Shown piece after piece: positions 26,977-37,595 of a DNA stretch of 64,000 nt. Origin of the DNA: a virus (lineage: Duplodnaviria; Caudoviricetes); IMG/VR virus record IMGVR_UViG_3300043468_001158. The stretch is one strand, 5' to 3'. Within the stretch, counting starts at the first letter, position 1. Each line of letters opens with the position of its first letter. The position numbers and the translations under genes were made by a program. The notes under the pieces were generated by a model. It had not been told where the DNA came from, made no database searches, and saw only the letters and a list, made by a program, of their open reading frames with translations.

Positions 26977-28518
26977 ATGAGTGAAAGTTTCTTTCAAATC
27001 TATCGCGGTCTAGAAATTGACGAGACCGTCCAATATCTTCAAGGTGCAGGCGCACCTGGTGCCGGTGATTCTGGTAATGCATTAGTTGGTTCAGTTTATA
27101 CTGACAACTTGAATGGCGACATTTGGACCAAAATCACAGCTGGTGTTGGTGTTCAACATTGGTCAAAAATGGCTTCAGAAACTTGGGTCAATAACAACAT
27201 CTCTGGCACTATTTCATGGAGAGAGCCTGCAGTTGTAATTGATACAACTTCTACTACTTTACCTTCTGGTCCTGCTTCTGCAGTTGTTGATGGTGTAACA
27301 CTTGTTGATGGCGATCGTGTTCTTTTCTCTGGATTATCTGGCGTTCCTAACGTCTATATCTATGATACTACAACCGAGTCATTTACCCAAGACAACAATT
27401 CATTGTCTCAAGGTGATACTATCTACATCGATAGTGGTACAAACGGCGGTACTCGTTGGACCTACAATGGTACAGCTTGGGTTCGTTTTGATAGTGCTTC
27501 ACTTGACGAACTTGCTTACATCCGTGCTTATGATGGCAAACCTGCAGCTGGTAACTTAGCTCCTGTTTATACTTCTACTACTATTGTAACACAAGGTTCT
27601 AACCTTACTGTTGCAATCAGTGCATTAGATGCTGAACTTGGTGCTGGTGTTTCAACTGGTAACTTCATTTCTGCATCAGACAGTTTGAACACAAATGTTC
27701 AATCTCTTGATACTGAATTAGGTGCTAATGTTACTAATGGTAACTACATCTTAGCTGCTAACAAAATGAATGGCAACATTCAAGCTCTTGATACAGCTTT
27801 TGGCGCTCCAACCGGAACTGGTAACTGGATTTCTAATGCACAACATGTCAATGGCAACTTACTTGCTCTTGATACTGAAATCGGTGCTAACGTTTCTAAT
27901 GGTAATCACATTCTTGCGATCAATACCATCAATGAAAACATCCAAGAACTTGATACTAGCTTAGGTGCTACAGTTACTTCTGGAAACTACATCATCAACA
28001 GCAATAGCACAAACACTAATGTTCAAGCATTAGATACTGCTCTTGGTGTGAATGTAACTTCTGGTAACTTCATCTTATCAACCAACAAAATCAACAACAA
28101 CATTCAAGCTCTTGATACCGAAATTGGTGCTCAAGTTACTTCAGGTACTTACATCCTGAATACTAACAGCATCAACCAAAACGTTCAAGCGATTGATGTA
28201 GCTCTTACTGAAATCAGCAAAGAAAGCACTGTTACTAACGTAACTACTTCAACTGCTGTTGATACTGTAGCTGCTACTGTTGCTAAATGGATTGTCAAAG
28301 TAACTGATGCTGCTAACTCTGCAAACGTTACTGCTTACGAAGTATTTGGTGCAAGCAATGGTCTTACTGCTGACTTTACCAAATTTGCTACATTGAAACT
28401 TGGTTCAACTATTCCAGGTCTTTCAATTGCAGTTGCTCTTTCAGGTGCTAACTTACAACTTTCAGTTGCTTCTACTGCAGCTGTCAATGTAACTGCTCGT
28501 AGAGTGTCAAGCATCTAA
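26977..28518 (+). CDS. Fibre-like virion protein with 27-aa repeats
   Basis: VDGVTLVDGDRVLF module, then seven LD-[AT]-x-x-G...GN[FYWH]I...N.Q repeats. Confidence 0.75.
   Translation: MSESFFQIYRGLEIDETVQYLQGAGAPGAGDSGNALVGSVYTDNLNGDIWTKITAGVGVQHWSKMASETWVNNNISGTISWREPAVVIDTTSTTLPSGPASAVVDGVTLVDGDRVLFSGLSGVPNVYIYDTTTESFTQDNNSLSQGDTIYIDSGTNGGTRWTYNGTAWVRFDSASLDELAYIRAYDGKPAAGNLAPVYTSTTIVTQGSNLTVAISALDAELGAGVSTGNFISASDSLNTNVQSLDTELGANVTNGNYILAANKMNGNIQALDTAFGAPTGTGNWISNAQHVNGNLLALDTEIGANVSNGNHILAINTINENIQELDTSLGATVTSGNYIINSNSTNTNVQALDTALGVNVTSGNFILSTNKINNNIQALDTEIGAQVTSGTYILNTNSINQNVQAIDVALTEISKESTVTNVTTSTAVDTVAATVAKWIVKVTDAANSANVTAYEVFGASNGLTADFTKFATLKLGSTIPGLSIAVALSGANLQLSVASTAAVNVTARRVSSI
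27625..28191 (+). repeat. Seven degenerate 81-bp (27-aa) tandem coding repeats
   Basis: LDAELGAGVSTGNFISASDSLNTNVQS / LDTELGANVTNGNYILAANKMNGNIQA / ... / LDTEIGAQVTSGTYILNTNSINQNVQA. Confidence 0.85.
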
Positions 28519-28543
28519 TTTCTTAGTAGTAGTACAATAAACT

Positions 28544-28580
28544 AGAAGGAGGAGCATCAGAAATGGTGTATCCTCCTTCT
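28544..28580 (+). terminator. Terminator-like hairpin
   Basis: 10-bp stem agaaggagga/tcctccttct, extendable with G-U pairs, GAAA-containing loop. Confidence 0.6.
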
Positions 28581-28598
28581 TAGTATTGGTGTTATGAC

Positions 28599-28606
28599 CA
28601 TAAATA
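28599..28606 (+). promoter_or_regulatory. Late-type promoter CATAAATA
   Basis: Lies downstream of the track start 28594, which argues the true start is 28642. Confidence 0.55.
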
Positions 28607-28641
28607 GCTTATGGCATATCATACACAATCAACAGGCAAGC

Positions 28642-31600
28642 ATGACTATCATTGACAATTCATTCACTGTTTCTGACCTAAGCATAAATGACCAATTGCT
28701 TATTTTCGGTGGAGACCAAGACCCGTCAGTTACACAGGAAGAAGCACCAAAAGGTTCGTTGTTCTTACGTACTACAGGTCATATCTTTCTAAAGACTGGT
28801 CCTAATAACGCTGATTGGACAACACTTTCAATCATTGATAGACTATCAGCAATTAGTTCAGCCGATAGTACTCCAGGATATCTTCAAGATAAGATAGTTC
28901 CAGCATCTAACTTGCAAGTAGCATTGCTAAATGCAAGTGGTAATGAACAACTTCAATTAGACTTAGCAAATACTGGTATCGCAGCAGGTTCTTATACTCG
29001 CTTAGTAATTGATAGCAAAGGACGTGCTACTTCAGGAACTAATCCTACTACACTTGCTGGATATGGAATAGTTGATGCTCAACCACTGAATGCTAATCTA
29101 ACATCAATTAGTGGAAGTTCAACCTTAGGCTTTCTAACAAGAACTGCTCCAGGAACTATTGTTACTCGTTCTCTTACTACTTCAACCTTAGACATTGTCA
29201 ATCCATCAGGAACTGCTGGTAATGCTTCAATTGATTTGGCTGCAATAGGTCTCCCAGTTTCGAATAGCTTTGTCAAAATCACAACTGACAACTTTGGCCG
29301 TGTATCAGCTACGTCATCAGTTACTTCTTCTGACATCATAACCTCTTTAGGCTATACTCCAGTGAATAATGCTGGTGATAGCATGACTGGCTTATTGACA
29401 CTTTCAGGTGACCCAACAAATCCACTTCATGCTACGACTAAGCAATATGTTGATAATGCAATCACTGGTCTTGACTTCAAGACCTCAGTAAAAGCTGCGA
29501 CGACTGCTAACATCACTTTATCAGGTGCTCAAACAATTGACGGAATTGCTCTTGTAGCTGGGGATAGAGTGCTTGTCAAAAATCAGACAACTACTTCGCA
29601 AAATGGCATCTATGTCGTTGCAACTGGAGCTTGGTCTCGTGCAACTGATGCGGACAATTCTGGTAATGGTGCTGAAGTAACAACAGGAATGTATTGCTAT
29701 GTTGATCAAGGTTCAACTCAAGCTTCTTCTGGTTGGACACTAACTACAACTGGAACTATCACTCTTGGAACAACAGGTCTTGTCTTTACTCAGTTCAATG
29801 GTTTAGGTCAAATCACGGCAGGAAATGGTCTTTCTAAGACAGGCAATACTCTGAACGTTGGAACCGGTTCAAGCACTCGCATTGTTGTTGGAACTGATAC
29901 TATCGACCTTGCAACGTCAGGTGTAACTGCCGGAACGTACAATACGATTACTGTTGATGCTTATGGACGTGCAACAGTTGGAGCAAATACTGCATATCTA
30001 ACAGGTAATCAATCAATCAGTTTGACAGGTGATGCAACAGGTTCAGGAACGACTTCAATCCCAGTGACACTTGCAAATGTGGTAACTGCAGGAACATCTC
30101 CAAAAGTGACTTACAATGCTAAGGGTTTAGTAACTGGTGGAACTTCGCTGATTGCATCTGACATTCCATCACTTGATTGGTCTAAGATTACGACTGGCAA
30201 ACCAACAACTCTTGCTGGTTATGGTATCACGGATGCACAACCACTTAGCCCAAGACTAACAAGCTTAGCGACAAATGCAGTGTTTGGACTTATTGTCAAT
30301 CTTCCAGGAAACGTAGTAGATTCCCGCATACTTCATTCCAACACTCTTGACGTTGTATTTGCTGATGGCATTAGTGGAAACCCAACAGTTGATTTGCCTT
30401 TCTTTGGAACTGCAGGAACTTACAACAACGTAACAGTTGATGTGTATGGCCGTGTATCTTCTGGTTCTAATGTTGCATATCTTACTGGAAATCAAAGTAT
30501 CACTATCACTGGTGATGGTAATGGTTCAGGAACTACTTCAATTCCATTCACTCTTAATACTGTCAATGGAAATGTTGGTTCTTTCGGAAGCTCAACAGCT
30601 GTTCCTCAATTGACAGTGAATGCTAAAGGTTTGGTGACTGCGGTTACTAATACTTCGATTGCTTTCCCAGTGACTTCAGTTGCAGGTATGACTGGAACAG
30701 TAACACTAACATCATCTAATGTTGGACTTGGAAGTGTTCAAAATGCTCTTCAAGTTATCAATGCTGGTGGTGCTACATCTCTTGCATCTGGAACTTTAGT
30801 ATCAAGACCGTCAGCAGGAACAGCAAATCGTTTCTATGTGACGACTGATACTGCTGGACTTTATCGTGACAATGGTTCATCTTGGGACCTAATACTTCCA
30901 GCTCTTTCAGGTGATGTCAATTCATCTGCAGGCAATACAACATTGACACTTGCGACGATTGGAACTCCAGTTTCGAATAGCTTTGTCAAAATCACAACCG
31001 ATACTAAAGGTCGTGTATCTGCCACAAGCTCGGTGACTTCTTCTGACATTACGACAGCTTTAGGCTATACTCCAGTCAATAAAGCTGGTGATAGTATGAC
31101 TGGTGCTATTACTTTATCAGGTGACCCAACATTACCGCTTCATGCGGCAACTAAGCAGTATGTTGATAATGTAGTCACAGGACTTGATTTCAAGAACTCT
31201 GTACGAATAGCTTCAACTGGAAACCTAACTCTTTCAGGACTTCAAACGATTGATGGCATAGTCTCAGTTATTGGTGACCGCATCTTAGTGAAAGACCAAA
31301 CGACAGCTTCTCAAAATGGCATCTATGTGATTGCTTCTGGTGCTTGGACACGTTCTACAGATGCAGATAGCAATGCAGAAGTGACATCAGGTCTTTACAC
31401 ATACGTTGAACAAGGAACTAACAATGCTGGGTCTGGTTGGGTGCTATCTACATCTAATCCTATCACGGTTGGAACTACATCTCTTACATTTACTCAGTTC
31501 AATGGACTTGCTCAATTGATTGCAGGTAATGGCCTAACTAAGACTGGGAATACTCTTAACGTAAATGCAGCAGGTGGAAGTCCTATTCAAGTCAATGCCG

Positions 31601-33492
31601 ATAATATTGACCTCATAAACTCTGGTATTGTTGCTGGAACTTACAATAACATTACGGTTGATGCGAGAGGATTAGCTTGGGCTGGTTCTAATGTAGCTTA
31701 TTTGACAAGCAATCAAAACATCACTTTATCGGGTGATGTATCTGGTTCTGGAACGACTGCTATTACGGCAACTCTTGCAAACTCTGGTGTTGTGGCTGGT
31801 ACTTACAATGGTATCACTGTCAATGCTAAGGGTATTGTGACTAATGCGGTCAATCAAAACTACTTGACTGCTAATCAAACGATTACGATTACAGGTGATG
31901 CAACTGGTTCAGGAACTACTTCCATTCCATTGACATTGAATGTCGTGCCAATTATCAAAGGTGGTACTGGTCAAACGACTGCTCTTGCCGGTTTCAATGC
32001 ATTGTCTCCACTCACAACTAAAGGTGATATACTTGCCCATACTGGTGCGAACAATGTTAGACAGCCTGTTGGAACTAATGGCTACTTCTTGATGTCTGAC
32101 GATACCTCAGTGACAGGGCTATCTTATCAACCGGTGATTACGACTGATAGATTTACGAAGATTACTGCAAATGATACTACTTCAGACTATCTTGCATCTA
32201 AAGTAGTAGCCGGTTCTGGCATTTCGCTAACAGTCAATAACTCAGGAGCTAACGAAACTCTAACGATTGCAAGTACAATGACATCTGCTGACCAAGCAGT
32301 CTGTCAAGTTGCTAACACTGCCACAAGCTCGATTACCACTACTTTTGCAAACGTTACTTGGCAAACTCAACATATTGAGAATAACGCATCAGTTATCGTA
32401 TGGGCATCAGGAGCTCCAGTCACAGTTGGACAAACTGGTCTTTATGAACTTGGTTATAGCATTCCAATAGTTTCAAGAAATGCTACACGTACTATCAGTG
32501 TTCAAATGTTGAAGAATGGAACCACTGTTCTAAATGGTTCTACCTCAGCATTTACTTTTGCATCAAATACAACAGGTTCTTTAGAGAATGTGTTTGCGGC
32601 TGACTTAGTATCAGGTGACTTTATCACGGTTCAAGTAAGAACTTCAACTGGAACAGACACTCTTGCAATTGGAGCTTGTCTAACAGTGACCCGTCTTTCA
32701 GGTGCTACTGGCCCTGTTGGTCCGCAAGGTATTCAAGGTATTCAAGGTGAAGTTGGTCCTCAAGGTCCTCAAGGTGTTTCTGGCCCAATGGGTCCTGCGG
32801 GTTCAGGAAGTTCTATCAATCTTCAAGATGAAGGTGTGATTGTATCAGGTGGTCCATTTACTCAATTGAACTTTACTGGTCCATTGGTAAGTGCAACTAA
32901 TGCTGGTTCAGGTGTTGGTCAAATCAACGTGAATGCTAATGTTGATGCTCTTTCTGATGTAACTATTACTTCACCACAACATGGTCAATTACTTGTCTAT
33001 AATTCAGTGACATCTAATTGGGAAAATGCATTCTTGACGGTTCTTTCGCCAGTCGGAAAAACCTTTACGTTAGACTTTGGAAGTCAAGCTAATGCAGGTA
33101 CTAACATTTGGCTTGGGTGCGACGACGTTATCGTTCCTTCAAATGCAACACCGCATATTATGCCATGGGATTGTCAATTAGTTGGACTTACTTTCTCTAA
33201 TACTGTCGCAAACTCAGGTTGTGATATTGAGCTTCGTAAAGTTGCATGGAATGCTGGAAATCAAACTTCAACATTACAACTTACTGTTCCACTTCGTAAT
33301 GCAAGAGCAGCAAGAAAGACAACATTTACTTCACCTATCACTTTTGCCGCTGGCGACCATGTTGGTATCTACTTACGAAGTGTTGCAGGTCAAACTAATC
33401 CATCTGCGTGCTTTGCAGTATTACACTTTATGATTACTTCAGATACTCAAGAAGATGTAACTGAAACTTGGACTGGTAATATGAGTTCATAA
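28642..33492 (+). CDS. Long tail fibre protein (~1616 aa), Thr/Gly/Ser-rich, with a duplicated module, a C1q-like domain and a collagen-like stretch
   Basis: Repeated AGTY..[VI]TVD..GR and LTGD.TGSG motifs, TKQYVD, DG.....GDRVLVK; GPVGPQGIQG triplets at 32701-32802. Confidence 0.85.
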   Translation: MTIIDNSFTVSDLSINDQLLIFGGDQDPSVTQEEAPKGSLFLRTTGHIFLKTGPNNADWTTLSIIDRLSAISSADSTPGYLQDKIVPASNLQVALLNASGNEQLQLDLANTGIAAGSYTRLVIDSKGRATSGTNPTTLAGYGIVDAQPLNANLTSISGSSTLGFLTRTAPGTIVTRSLTTSTLDIVNPSGTAGNASIDLAAIGLPVSNSFVKITTDNFGRVSATSSVTSSDIITSLGYTPVNNAGDSMTGLLTLSGDPTNPLHATTKQYVDNAITGLDFKTSVKAATTANITLSGAQTIDGIALVAGDRVLVKNQTTTSQNGIYVVATGAWSRATDADNSGNGAEVTTGMYCYVDQGSTQASSGWTLTTTGTITLGTTGLVFTQFNGLGQITAGNGLSKTGNTLNVGTGSSTRIVVGTDTIDLATSGVTAGTYNTITVDAYGRATVGANTAYLTGNQSISLTGDATGSGTTSIPVTLANVVTAGTSPKVTYNAKGLVTGGTSLIASDIPSLDWSKITTGKPTTLAGYGITDAQPLSPRLTSLATNAVFGLIVNLPGNVVDSRILHSNTLDVVFADGISGNPTVDLPFFGTAGTYNNVTVDVYGRVSSGSNVAYLTGNQSITITGDGNGSGTTSIPFTLNTVNGNVGSFGSSTAVPQLTVNAKGLVTAVTNTSIAFPVTSVAGMTGTVTLTSSNVGLGSVQNALQVINAGGATSLASGTLVSRPSAGTANRFYVTTDTAGLYRDNGSSWDLILPALSGDVNSSAGNTTLTLATIGTPVSNSFVKITTDTKGRVSATSSVTSSDITTALGYTPVNKAGDSMTGAITLSGDPTLPLHAATKQYVDNVVTGLDFKNSVRIASTGNLTLSGLQTIDGIVSVIGDRILVKDQTTASQNGIYVIASGAWTRSTDADSNAEVTSGLYTYVEQGTNNAGSGWVLSTSNPITVGTTSLTFTQFNGLAQLIAGNGLTKTGNTLNVNAAGGSPIQVNADNIDLINSGIVAGTYNNITVDARGLAWAGSNVAYLTSNQNITLSGDVSGSGTTAITATLANSGVVAGTYNGITVNAKGIVTNAVNQNYLTANQTITITGDATGSGTTSIPLTLNVVPIIKGGTGQTTALAGFNALSPLTTKGDILAHTGANNVRQPVGTNGYFLMSDDTSVTGLSYQPVITTDRFTKITANDTTSDYLASKVVAGSGISLTVNNSGANETLTIASTMTSADQAVCQVANTATSSITTTFANVTWQTQHIENNASVIVWASGAPVTVGQTGLYELGYSIPIVSRNATRTISVQMLKNGTTVLNGSTSAFTFASNTTGSLENVFAADLVSGDFITVQVRTSTGTDTLAIGACLTVTRLSGATGPVGPQGIQGIQGEVGPQGPQGVSGPMGPAGSGSSINLQDEGVIVSGGPFTQLNFTGPLVSATNAGSGVGQINVNANVDALSDVTITSPQHGQLLVYNSVTSNWENAFLTVLSPVGKTFTLDFGSQANAGTNIWLGCDDVIVPSNATPHIMPWDCQLVGLTFSNTVANSGCDIELRKVAWNAGNQTSTLQLTVPLRNARAARKTTFTSPITFAAGDHVGIYLRSVAGQTNPSACFAVLHFMITSDTQEDVTETWTGNMSS
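29236..31780 (+). repeat. Internal duplication of a ~280-aa module in the tail fibre (approx. 29236-30075 and 30946-31780)
   Basis: PVSNSFVKITTD...LGYTPVN.AGDSMTG...FTQFNG; identical 32-mer at 29254-29285 and 30967-30998. Confidence 0.85.
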
Positions 33493-33495
33493 ATA
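33488..33495 (+). promoter_or_regulatory. Late-type promoter CATAAATA
   Basis: Overlaps the fibre-gene stop codon. Confidence 0.5.
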
Positions 33496-33524
33496 GACTA
33501 AACCTTTAGGAAACAATTAAGAAC

Positions 33525-34463
33525 ATGGCAACACAAATTATCAAACTCAAAAACAATACACAACGTATCTTATCTTTTGCTGGTAAGGATTTACAAGTGG
33601 GTGAAGAACTTGATGTCACTCCATCAATACAATCGTATTACAAAGAAGATACTGAGCTCTTTGATATGATAGGCTGTTTTGATATTATTGTCAATGATGG
33701 TATCAAAGACCTTAATCCGACTGAAGGTTGGAAATGGATACTTGGCAATGGTGGATTTCCAATGTCAGAAGTTGGTAACAAAGTTTGGGTGCATTCATCA
33801 GCTAAACCCGTTATTGATGGCAAGATGTTTTACAGCCAATGGATAGGAGCTGGAGATGATGAGCAAAATGGATTACTTGGACAAGGTCCTATAGCCGCTA
33901 TTCAAAACACTCCAGGTACTCCGCGTTCTCATGTAGATTTATTGTTTGATAGTAATTTCGGAGATACTTATGTTCATGAAGGATATGCAATGTGGCAAGA
34001 TGCAAAAATTGGTGATTATGTCAATGCTTTGATTTGTGCAGAAGGTTGTCATTTACAACAAGTTCAAGATTTAGATTTAGTCATTGACGAAGACGGTTAC
34101 ATTACATATTCGACTGGAGGACCTGGAACTGGAACGCATGGGTTTGCATCAGCACCTTATTTGCTTCCGAGAACTTTTAGCAAAGATGGCGATTGGGATT
34201 ATGATGAAACTAATGGGTTACGTCCTAATTTTACTAAGACAGGTGGGTATAAGATGTCTGTCAATGAATCGATAATCCACCGGTTCATTAATAGAATGCC
34301 AGTGCTTGGAACCAATGGTCATCCAGTTCGTTTAGCATCCGAAGATACATTCAAACTTCCTCATGGATACTTCTTACGATTGGAATGCGTGAACGTTTCA
34401 GATAGCACATGGGCAGCCGCATTCTTTATTACTGTTTATCGCGAAAGAACTTATAAGCCATAA
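33525..34463 (+). CDS. Probable virion structural protein (fibre-associated)
   Basis: Late position; IIVNDG..DL...GW N-terminal block seen in phage fibre-linked proteins. Confidence 0.6.
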   Translation: MATQIIKLKNNTQRILSFAGKDLQVGEELDVTPSIQSYYKEDTELFDMIGCFDIIVNDGIKDLNPTEGWKWILGNGGFPMSEVGNKVWVHSSAKPVIDGKMFYSQWIGAGDDEQNGLLGQGPIAAIQNTPGTPRSHVDLLFDSNFGDTYVHEGYAMWQDAKIGDYVNALICAEGCHLQQVQDLDLVIDEDGYITYSTGGPGTGTHGFASAPYLLPRTFSKDGDWDYDETNGLRPNFTKTGGYKMSVNESIIHRFINRMPVLGTNGHPVRLASEDTFKLPHGYFLRLECVNVSDSTWAAAFFITVYRERTYKP

Positions 34464-34466
34464 TAA

Positions 34467-34835
34467 ATGTCTATCAATTCTTGTTCAATCAATGCTTTCA
34501 CAATCAATGGCCTGGCTTGCAGGAGAAGATTTGGTAACCCAATTCCACCGCAACCTGTTACTGGCGGTGGGAATGTTCAGCATTATCGTTATCAAAACTG
34601 GTTTGGAAGACCTGATGATGATGATGAAGAACAAGAAGATACTCTTCAGAACTTAGAAGGATTCAACATTTCCGTTTCGGTTACAATGAATGGACAAACT
34701 TTTAGCCAAACTATTGAGAATAATCCAGCTAATAATGTTGTACCAATGATTGCATTGACTAATCTACAATTTGAACAAACAATACCTAATATCAAACTAA
34801 ACAATCTAAAACTAAGAAGGGAACGTAAAGAATGA
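34467..34835 (+). CDS. Hypothetical late protein
   Basis: MSINSCSINAFTING N-terminus; acidic patch. Confidence 0.7.
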   Translation: MSINSCSINAFTINGLACRRRFGNPIPPQPVTGGGNVQHYRYQNWFGRPDDDDEEQEDTLQNLEGFNISVSVTMNGQTFSQTIENNPANNVVPMIALTNLQFEQTIPNIKLNNLKLRRERKE

Positions 34836-35554
34836 ATGTCGCCTCTAATAACATAGAACTTGGTGAAGATTTCAAAGTCTCATTTGGTCTAAGCATTGCT
34901 GGAACATCAGCAACTCCAAGTGAAGTGCGAGTATTCTTATCTTGCTGTGAATCCATTAGACTTTGCAGTATCGCTACATTGAATAGTGGTTCGAATGAAT
35001 ATGAAACTTCTATTCCCATTTTGACAAGTCTGTTTAGTGGTAAGACTTCTGCAAAGCTATCAATTGAAGTTGTACTGAATGGTAAAGTGATTACTCCATA
35101 TTCGCAAACGATTGATTTGAATTCACCATCAGTTGAAGTGACGTCTGATACTCCTCCTTCTGATAATGCTATTAGAACTGATACATCAAACTTCATTACT
35201 CAAGATGAATTACGTCAAGCTGCTCAACGTTATGTTGAACAACCTAAGCCGCCTAGTTCAATCTTTTCGTTTGAAGACCTTATTCAATTAGATAAAGAGG
35301 AAAAAGTTATTGAGGAAAAAGCTACACCTACTCCTAAAAAGCAAATCCAATTTACTAAGCCTGTTCGTCAAGAACGTAAAGCACCAGCACCATCAATTGA
35401 CTTAGAGACTTTAGTGAATGTAGCCGAAGCTAAATTGAATGAAACTAAACCAAAAGTCAAACAAAGTGTTACAATAGACAAACCAATCAAAATAGTGAAG
35501 GAGCAAACTTCGTCACTGTTCAAACTTTCAAAAACTAAAATAGTAGAGAGATAA
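34832..35554 (+). CDS. Hypothetical late protein
   Basis: Beta-rich N-terminus, disordered C-terminus. Confidence 0.7.
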   Translation: MNVASNNIELGEDFKVSFGLSIAGTSATPSEVRVFLSCCESIRLCSIATLNSGSNEYETSIPILTSLFSGKTSAKLSIEVVLNGKVITPYSQTIDLNSPSVEVTSDTPPSDNAIRTDTSNFITQDELRQAAQRYVEQPKPPSSIFSFEDLIQLDKEEKVIEEKATPTPKKQIQFTKPVRQERKAPAPSIDLETLVNVAEAKLNETKPKVKQSVTIDKPIKIVKEQTSSLFKLSKTKIVER

Positions 35555-35562
35555 TACCATAT

Positions 35563-35751
35563 ATGAGAAGTTATAGCGATAACGCAATATCTAAAGAACA
35601 ATTTGAAGCACTTGAAAATGTAGCTGCTACAACATTTTCTAACCAAGAATACGTCAAACGTAAAGCCAGAATAGCGGTTGTTCTTGCATATGCTTCAGTC
35701 ATTCTGGCTTCAATCAGCTTAGGCATTTCAATTTACAGCGTATTCAACTAA
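35563..35751 (+). CDS. Small protein with C-terminal TM helix
   Basis: IAVVLAYASVILASISLGISIYSVF. Confidence 0.6.
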   Translation: MRSYSDNAISKEQFEALENVAATTFSNQEYVKRKARIAVVLAYASVILASISLGISIYSVFN

Positions 35752-35752
35752 T

Positions 35753-35959
35753 ATGTCTAATCAATCATCACTCTTACAACGTTCATATTCTGAAGAAGAT
35801 TTAGAAAAACTAAAACACCTTATGTCATTTAGAACTTATGAGTTCTCGAAAGAAGATGAACCTTTTTCACGTGACTATTCAAACAATAAAGGTCGATTGC
35901 AAAGACAAGAAGCTTATCAAGCCTTCAAGACAAAGTTGAATGAAATGTGTGACGAATAG
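35753..35959 (+). CDS. Small hypothetical protein
   Basis: Tiling ORF. Confidence 0.6.
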   Translation: MSNQSSLLQRSYSEEDLEKLKHLMSFRTYEFSKEDEPFSRDYSNNKGRLQRQEAYQAFKTKLNEMCDE

Positions 35960-35992
35960 TCAAATCTGATACCCACTTCACAAAAATAACCG

Positions 35993-36020
35993 TTTACATC
36001 TGACATTGATGTTGTATAAT
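35993..36020 (+). promoter_or_regulatory. sigma70-type early promoter
   Basis: TTTACA-N16-TATAAT-agacacat. Confidence 0.7.
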
Positions 36021-36049
36021 AGACACATGTTCAAACAAATGTAGAGTGA

Positions 36050-36232
36050 ATGAAGATGAACGCACAACACCTATTGAACTTCCTACTTGCCGCTGCTAAT
36101 GCAGGTGTCAATCTTCGTGAATTTGAAGTTATGACTCGTTCAACTACTTATGATGGTTTAGGTCAAGGTGAAGACCTTGAAACCTATCCAGAACAAGTTG
36201 AACTTGATGAAGACTATTTGGTTTTTAGATAA
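36050..36232 (+). CDS. Small early hypothetical protein
   Basis: First ORF after the promoter. Confidence 0.6.
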   Translation: MKMNAQHLLNFLLAAANAGVNLREFEVMTRSTTYDGLGQGEDLETYPEQVELDEDYLVFR

Positions 36233-36495
36233 TGGTAGCTTCAGGGTTTGGGTTTAGATTTGAAGGAACAGTAGTCACCAATGAAAAGACTGGTGATAGT
36301 GTTCAAGTAGGACGAACCTTTTCCCGTTCAAACCATAAACAAAAAGAACTAGCAATCAAAATCCTTCGTGCTCGTCAATGGGCACGAGAAAACGGTTATG
36401 GACCATCTGAAGAAATCGTAGCAAACTATGAAAACCCAGATGATGAACCATTTCCACACCACCAACCCGATTATAGAGATAGGCCTTTGCCATGA
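36232..36495 (+). CDS. Small early hypothetical protein
   Basis: Tiling ORF. Confidence 0.6.
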   Translation: MVASGFGFRFEGTVVTNEKTGDSVQVGRTFSRSNHKQKELAIKILRARQWARENGYGPSEEIVANYENPDDEPFPHHQPDYRDRPLP

Positions 36496-37595
36496 CGATG
36501 ATGCACTTTCCAATTATCACTCACATTGATGAACTACGAGAAAAAGTAGAACACTTACCTGAAATCCGCTTTGCATTACAAGAAAATGGCACTACTGTTG
36601 TTTGTGCTATGATTTCTGACAGTGATACTTATTCTGGCGATGCTGGTCCTTGGGCTCGTGAATGCCGTGGTATCGTTTTTGATGCACGAGGCAAATTGAT
36701 TGCTCGTCCAATTCACAAGTTCTTCAATGTTGGCGAACGTCCTGACACTCATCATCAAGTATTGCCTTGGAATGCTACAGTTCGCAAAATGGACAAACGT
36801 GATGGTTCTGTCATCAATCCTGTTATCGTGAATGGCGCGATGAAGTTCAAATCCAAGAAGTCATTTACTTCTGAGCGAGCAGTCCAAGCTGAACAATTTG
36901 CATCACTAAACGACAGAAGATTTAGCTGGGAAATGTTATCAAATGGCTTTACGCCAACATTTGAATTGACTTCTCCTTATGCTCGTATTGTCATGAAGTA
37001 TCCTACTAGCAAATTGACTTTGTTACATGTTCGTGAAAATACTACTGGTCGATACTTAGACAAAATGAGCTTGATGACTTTAGCTGAAGAGTTTCAAATT
37101 GACTTAGTCAGTGAATACTCTCCAACAAATTGGACTTGGGCTGAAGACAAAGCTTATCTTGAATCTGTTGAAGGTATTGAAGGCTATGTGTATCAGTTTG
37201 AAAATGGAGACATGGTCAAAGCAAAGTCTAAATGGTATCTTGACCGTCATCATGCAATGACTGCACTAACTTATCGCAATGTAGCAGAGCTGGTTGTTGC
37301 TGAAGGTATTGACGATTTGAAGTCTCACATTGTAGAAATGGGCGAACCTGATTTGCTTGAAAAGATTGAACATATCGAACATGAAATCACTCGTCAAGTT
37401 TCTGAAATGGCTGACTTTGTAGAAACGATTGTTCGAAATGAACGTCATCTTGAACGTAAAGAGTTTGCTATGAAGTTCAAAGAACTACCTGGCTTTGGAT
37501 TACTTATGAAAGCTTATGAAGGCAAAGAACCTAACTACTTAGAGTTCTATGCCCGTCATCATTTGAAAAATGATTGGGAAGTGTTAACTCTTTAA
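36492..37595 (+). CDS. rnlA: T4 Rnl1-family RNA ligase
   Basis: ECRGIVF, KFFNVGE, KRDGS (motif I), FELTSP, EGIEGYV, MVKAKSKWY. Confidence 0.9.
   Translation: MTMMHFPIITHIDELREKVEHLPEIRFALQENGTTVVCAMISDSDTYSGDAGPWARECRGIVFDARGKLIARPIHKFFNVGERPDTHHQVLPWNATVRKMDKRDGSVINPVIVNGAMKFKSKKSFTSERAVQAEQFASLNDRRFSWEMLSNGFTPTFELTSPYARIVMKYPTSKLTLLHVRENTTGRYLDKMSLMTLAEEFQIDLVSEYSPTNWTWAEDKAYLESVEGIEGYVYQFENGDMVKAKSKWYLDRHHAMTALTYRNVAELVVAEGIDDLKSHIVEMGEPDLLEKIEHIEHEITRQVSEMADFVETIVRNERHLERKEFAMKFKELPGFGLLMKAYEGKEPNYLEFYARHHLKNDWEVLTL

Noticed and set aside
28594-28641. Track start of the long fibre at 28594
   Set aside because: The late box at 28599 lies downstream of it, so the ATG at 28642 is preferred.
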